DNA from: Stegostoma tigrinum
Lineage: Eukaryota
Reading direction: 5' to 3'
DNA: 64,000 nucleotides
Assembly (NCBI RefSeq): GCF_030684315.1
Contig: NC_081387.1
Coordinates: 6,428,497 to 6,492,496, forward strand
Shown: in pieces, positions 60,478-64,000 of the stretch
Position numbering within the stretch: the stretch's first letter is position 1
How the letters are laid out: each line of letters starts with the position of its first letter
Notes under the pieces: model-generated
The model's database searches: none
What the model saw: the letters and a program-made list of their open reading frames with translations, nothing else
What the model was told of the DNA's origin: nothing
Position numbers and translations under genes: made by a program

Positions 60478-63020
60478 GTCAGAAGTCACACAACACCAGG
60501 TTATATGTCAAATAGTTTATTTGAAATCATAAGCTTTCTGAGGGCAGCCCGTTCATCGGACAGAAGCACACTGGCACAGAACTTGCATACAGAGACCAAA
60601 GATCATACAAATGGTGTGAGTGGAGTGTCCAATAATAAAACTCCGCAGGTGTGATTAAATTGTTAGCAGCTGAATAGCAAGTGAAGGGATGACCTACAAT
60701 CTGATTGAATGAGGCAGAGAGATAATTACAAAAAAAATTTTAAAAAATAAGGTGGTGCTGGAGACAAACTAAATAACTGGAATAACATATAAAAACAGAG
60801 AGAACTGCGGAAGCTGTGAAAACCGGAATAACATGTTAGGTATAAGAGTCTCATGCTGAGGGTCGAGCCAAAGTAATAAGTAATCCAAAAGTCTGCAAAT
60901 TATTTAAAGTAGAGAGATCATAATTTATGCAGGTGATTGTGACAAAACAGGACAGTGAGGAAGATTTTACAGACACAGAAGTGTGGTGGGGTCACATGTA
61001 GCATGACATGAACCCGAGATCACAGTTGGGGCAGTCTTCAAGGGTACAGAATTTGGCTACCAGTTTCTGCTCAGCGATTCTGCTTTGTTGCGTATCTCAA
61101 AGCTACTTTGGAGGACGCTTACCTCAAGATTGGAGGCTGAATATCCTTGACAATTGGAGTGTTTCCTGACTGGGAGGGAACATTCCTATCTAGCAATTGT
61201 TGCGTGGCGTCCATTCATTCATTGTTGTAGCATCTGCATGGTGTCACCAATGTAACATACCTCAGCCACCACACTGCTCTGTATCTGTAAGATCTTCTTT
61301 ACTGACGCCGTTTCCGCCACCTCCAGCAAGCTGCCACCACCAGACACATATTCCCCTCCCCTCCCTTGTCAGCCTTCCACAGGGACCCTTCCCTCTGCGA
61401 CACCCTGGTTCACACTTCGTTCAACCCCACCACCTCCTCCACAGCCCTACGGCACCTTCCCCTGTAACCGGCAAAGATGCAACACCTACCAATTTACCTC
61501 CTCCTTCCCCAGTATCAAAGGGCATAAACATACCTTCCAGGTGAAGCAATACTTCAGCTGCACTTCCCAGAATCTGCGCTACTGCATTCGCTGCTCACAG
61601 TGTGGTCTCCTCTACACTGGGGAAACAAAGGGCTGCACGGTGGCTCAGTGGTTAACACTGCTGCCTCACAGCGCCAGAGACCTGGGTTTGATTCCACCCT
61701 CAGGTAACAGTCTGTGCGGAGTTTGCGCATTCTCCCCGTGTCTGCGTGAATTTCCTTTGGGTGCTCCGGTTTCCTCCAACGGTCCAAAGATGTGCAGGCT
61801 AGGTGGATTGGCCAAGGTAAATTGCCTGTAGTGTTCAGCAATGTGTAGATTAGGTTGGGTGGGATGCTCTGAGGTTCGGTTTAGACTTGTTGGACTGAAG
61901 GACCAGTTTCCACACTTTAGGAGTTTAATGATTCTATGAAGCATAGACTTGGCAACCGCTTTGCCGAACATTTATGTGCTACTCCCAAGAAAGACCCTGA
62001 ACTACCTGTTGCCTGCCACTTCAATGCACCACCTTGATCCCTGGCTGACATCTCTGTCTCCAGCTTGCGACAGTGTTCCAGTGAAGCCCAACACAAACTG
62101 GAGGAACAATTTTCCACTTGGGGACCCTACAGCCCTCCGGACTCAATATTGAGTTCAATAATTTTAGAGCCTAAACTCCCCAATGTCCCAGACCCCCACC
62201 CCACACACCAGGCCTTGTAACCACATAGTCTACCATTACACACCCCCCTGTTGTTAGTCACTAACAGTCCCCATTAATAACTACTCACCCTCCCAGCCTG
62301 ATCGTTGGCAACTCCTTTGTCTGTCCAACTGTCTTTCTCTCTCTTTGGGCTCTATCCTATCGTTTACTCCCTACCCCTCGCACCTCCCTGTTTTCTACAT
62401 ATAAATCGATGTTTTCCCAGCCACCATCAATTCTGGGGGGCCACCAGATCCAAAACGTTAACTTTTTGTTTTCCTTCACAGATGCTGCCATGCCTGCTGA
62501 GCTTTTTCCAACAACTTTGATTTTCTTCCTTACTGTGCTGTTTTGTCACCATCACCTTGATAAATTGTTGTGATCTCTCTACCTTAATTAGTTTGCAGTT
62601 TTGGCTTACTTCTTACTTTTGTTACTCCTGCGGCATGTGACTCTTATACCTAATATGTTATTCCAGTTATTTCATTTGTCTCCAGCACCACCTTATTTTA
62701 AATTTTTTGCAATTACCTCTCTGATTTGATCATCCTTTTGCTTGGTAGTCAGCCATCCACACTTTATTCACACCATTTCACTCTCGGGGTCACCTGAAGG
62801 GGCTTATTTTTCGACATTCCACGTTTCCAGTTGTATGAACTTTCGATCTTTCTGCCCTTGATCTCTCTTCCCATAAATTCTGTGTTCTGTGTGCATCTCT
62901 CTCACCTCACCTGACGAATGGGCTATGCTCCAAAACCTCGTGGTTTCAAATAAACCTGATTGGACTATAACCTGAAGCTGTGTGACTTGTGCTTTTCTCC
63001 ACCCTAGTCCAACATCAGCA
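60478..63020. mobile_element. Nest of Penelope-like fragments: a second family in inverted arms (60478-61262 -, 62530-63020 +) around a first-family fragment (61262-62520 +) that contains a V-SINE
   Basis: GIY-YIG-region text on the - strand at 61030-61260 and CSQCGLLYTGETK on + at about 61590-61630. The outer arms are mutually inverted; degenerate hammerhead CCTGACGAATGGGCTATGCTCCAAAAC at about 62910. Confidence 0.7.
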
Positions 63021-63484
63021 GCTCCATACTAGAGAGACATGCTATCAGGTAAACAAGTGGTCCAGGCAATGTTTAGTTTGATTTACTAGCTCAATAAGTC
63101 AATGTGTATTTACTTGTTTTGTCATATCTGACGAAGAGTCGCTTGACTCAAAACATTAACTCTGTGTTCTCCCCACAGATGCTACCAGACATGCCCAGTT
63201 TCTCCAGCAATTTCTATTTTTGTTTTAGAACTTGAGCATCAGCCGTTCTTAGTTTTATCTTTGTAATATCTCCCTCAAATCAGCCACATGCACATGATAC
63301 TGCCCCCAGAGACAGAAAAGATCAATAGACCAACAAAGAGTGAAACTCCATATTCATCGCCAAGAATAATCAATATGTGAGATTTTTATCTGGGTAGAAG
63401 TTTCAGAATTATAATTTCAAATCACAGCAATTGTTGAAATATGGAGATCAGTATTGTTTTCATTTATCAATTACGCTGTGTTTT

Positions 63485-63745
63485 TTTATTCATTCATTTG
63501 CGGGATGTGGGCATCGCTAGTTGGGCCAGCATTTATTGCACATCCCTAGCTGCCCTTGAGAAGGTGCTGGTGAGCTGCCTTCTTGAACTGCTGCAGTCCT
63601 CCTGCTGTGGGTTAACCCACAATGCCATTAGGAAGTAACTCTAAGACTTTGGCCCAGTGACAGTGAAGGAACGGTGATATATTTCAAAGCTAGGATGGTG
63701 AGTGGCTTGGAGAGGAACTTGAAGGTGGTGGTGTTCCCAAATTTT
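63485..63745 (-). mobile_element. LINE 3' end fragment (CR1/L2 type); related copies at about 43630-43860 and 55580-55760
   Basis: Shared text GCCCTTGAGAAGGTG(C)TGGTGAGCTGCCTTCTTGAAC...CAGTGAAGGAACGGTGATATATTTC in three places. Confidence 0.65.
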
Positions 63746-63794
63746 GTCCTGCACTGGTGAAACCCACATCTCATGAACAATTTGCTTAAAAGTA

Positions 63795-64000
63795 CAACAC
63801 TGATATCAGAGGGACACAGAGATAGTTGCCTATCACAGGGACAGTAATCATGTGACTATCAGAATGACAGCACTGATATCGCAGGGACAATTACAGTATG
63901 AATATCAGAATGACAGTAATGATATCACAGGAACAGTCTCAATGTGAATATCAAAAGACAGCATCAACATCACAGGGTCAGTCACTGTGAATATCAGAAC
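63795..64000 (+). repeat. Degenerate tandem repeat of about 46 bp (GACAGCACTGATATCACAGGGACAGT...TGTGAATATCAGAAT), running off the window
   Basis: About 4 visible units with alternating ~21/25-nt subunits. Confidence 0.7.

Overview
Eukaryotic, repeat-rich vertebrate DNA. It is very probably a shark: it carries HE1/V-SINEs, Deu-domain SINE relics, CR1 and Penelope elements, and a 33-bp satellite. There are two N-gaps (11140-11348, 20336-20506). Main contents: (1) a + strand, highly divergent non-classical MHC class I heavy-chain gene (alpha1 12096-12344, alpha2 15997-16269, alpha3 16854-17129, TM exon 20542-20669, last exon from 20778). It has lost most peptide-anchoring residues, has a hydrophobic groove floor, extra cysteines, a GC-AG intron and a stop directly after the hydrophobic C-terminal stretch. 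Its leader exon was not identified. (2) A - strand TRIM (RING/B-box/coiled-coil) pseudogene at about 54040-60376. (3) Two oppositely oriented arrays of a 33-bp repeat (about 1.6 kb and 16 kb) flanking the MHC gene, each apparently grown out of a Deu-domain SINE. Most long ORFs in the supplied track are artefacts of this repeat. (4) A 3.5-kb Penelope insertion with two inverted 3' arms inside one target-site duplication, plus several miniature insertions of the same asymmetric hairpin design; these elements carry minimal hammerhead motifs. (5) A decayed LTR/endogenous retrovirus (45414-50353, - strand) with tRNA-Ser PBS, PPT and gag, but no recognisable pol. All family assignments come from motif recognition by eye; no database search was run.
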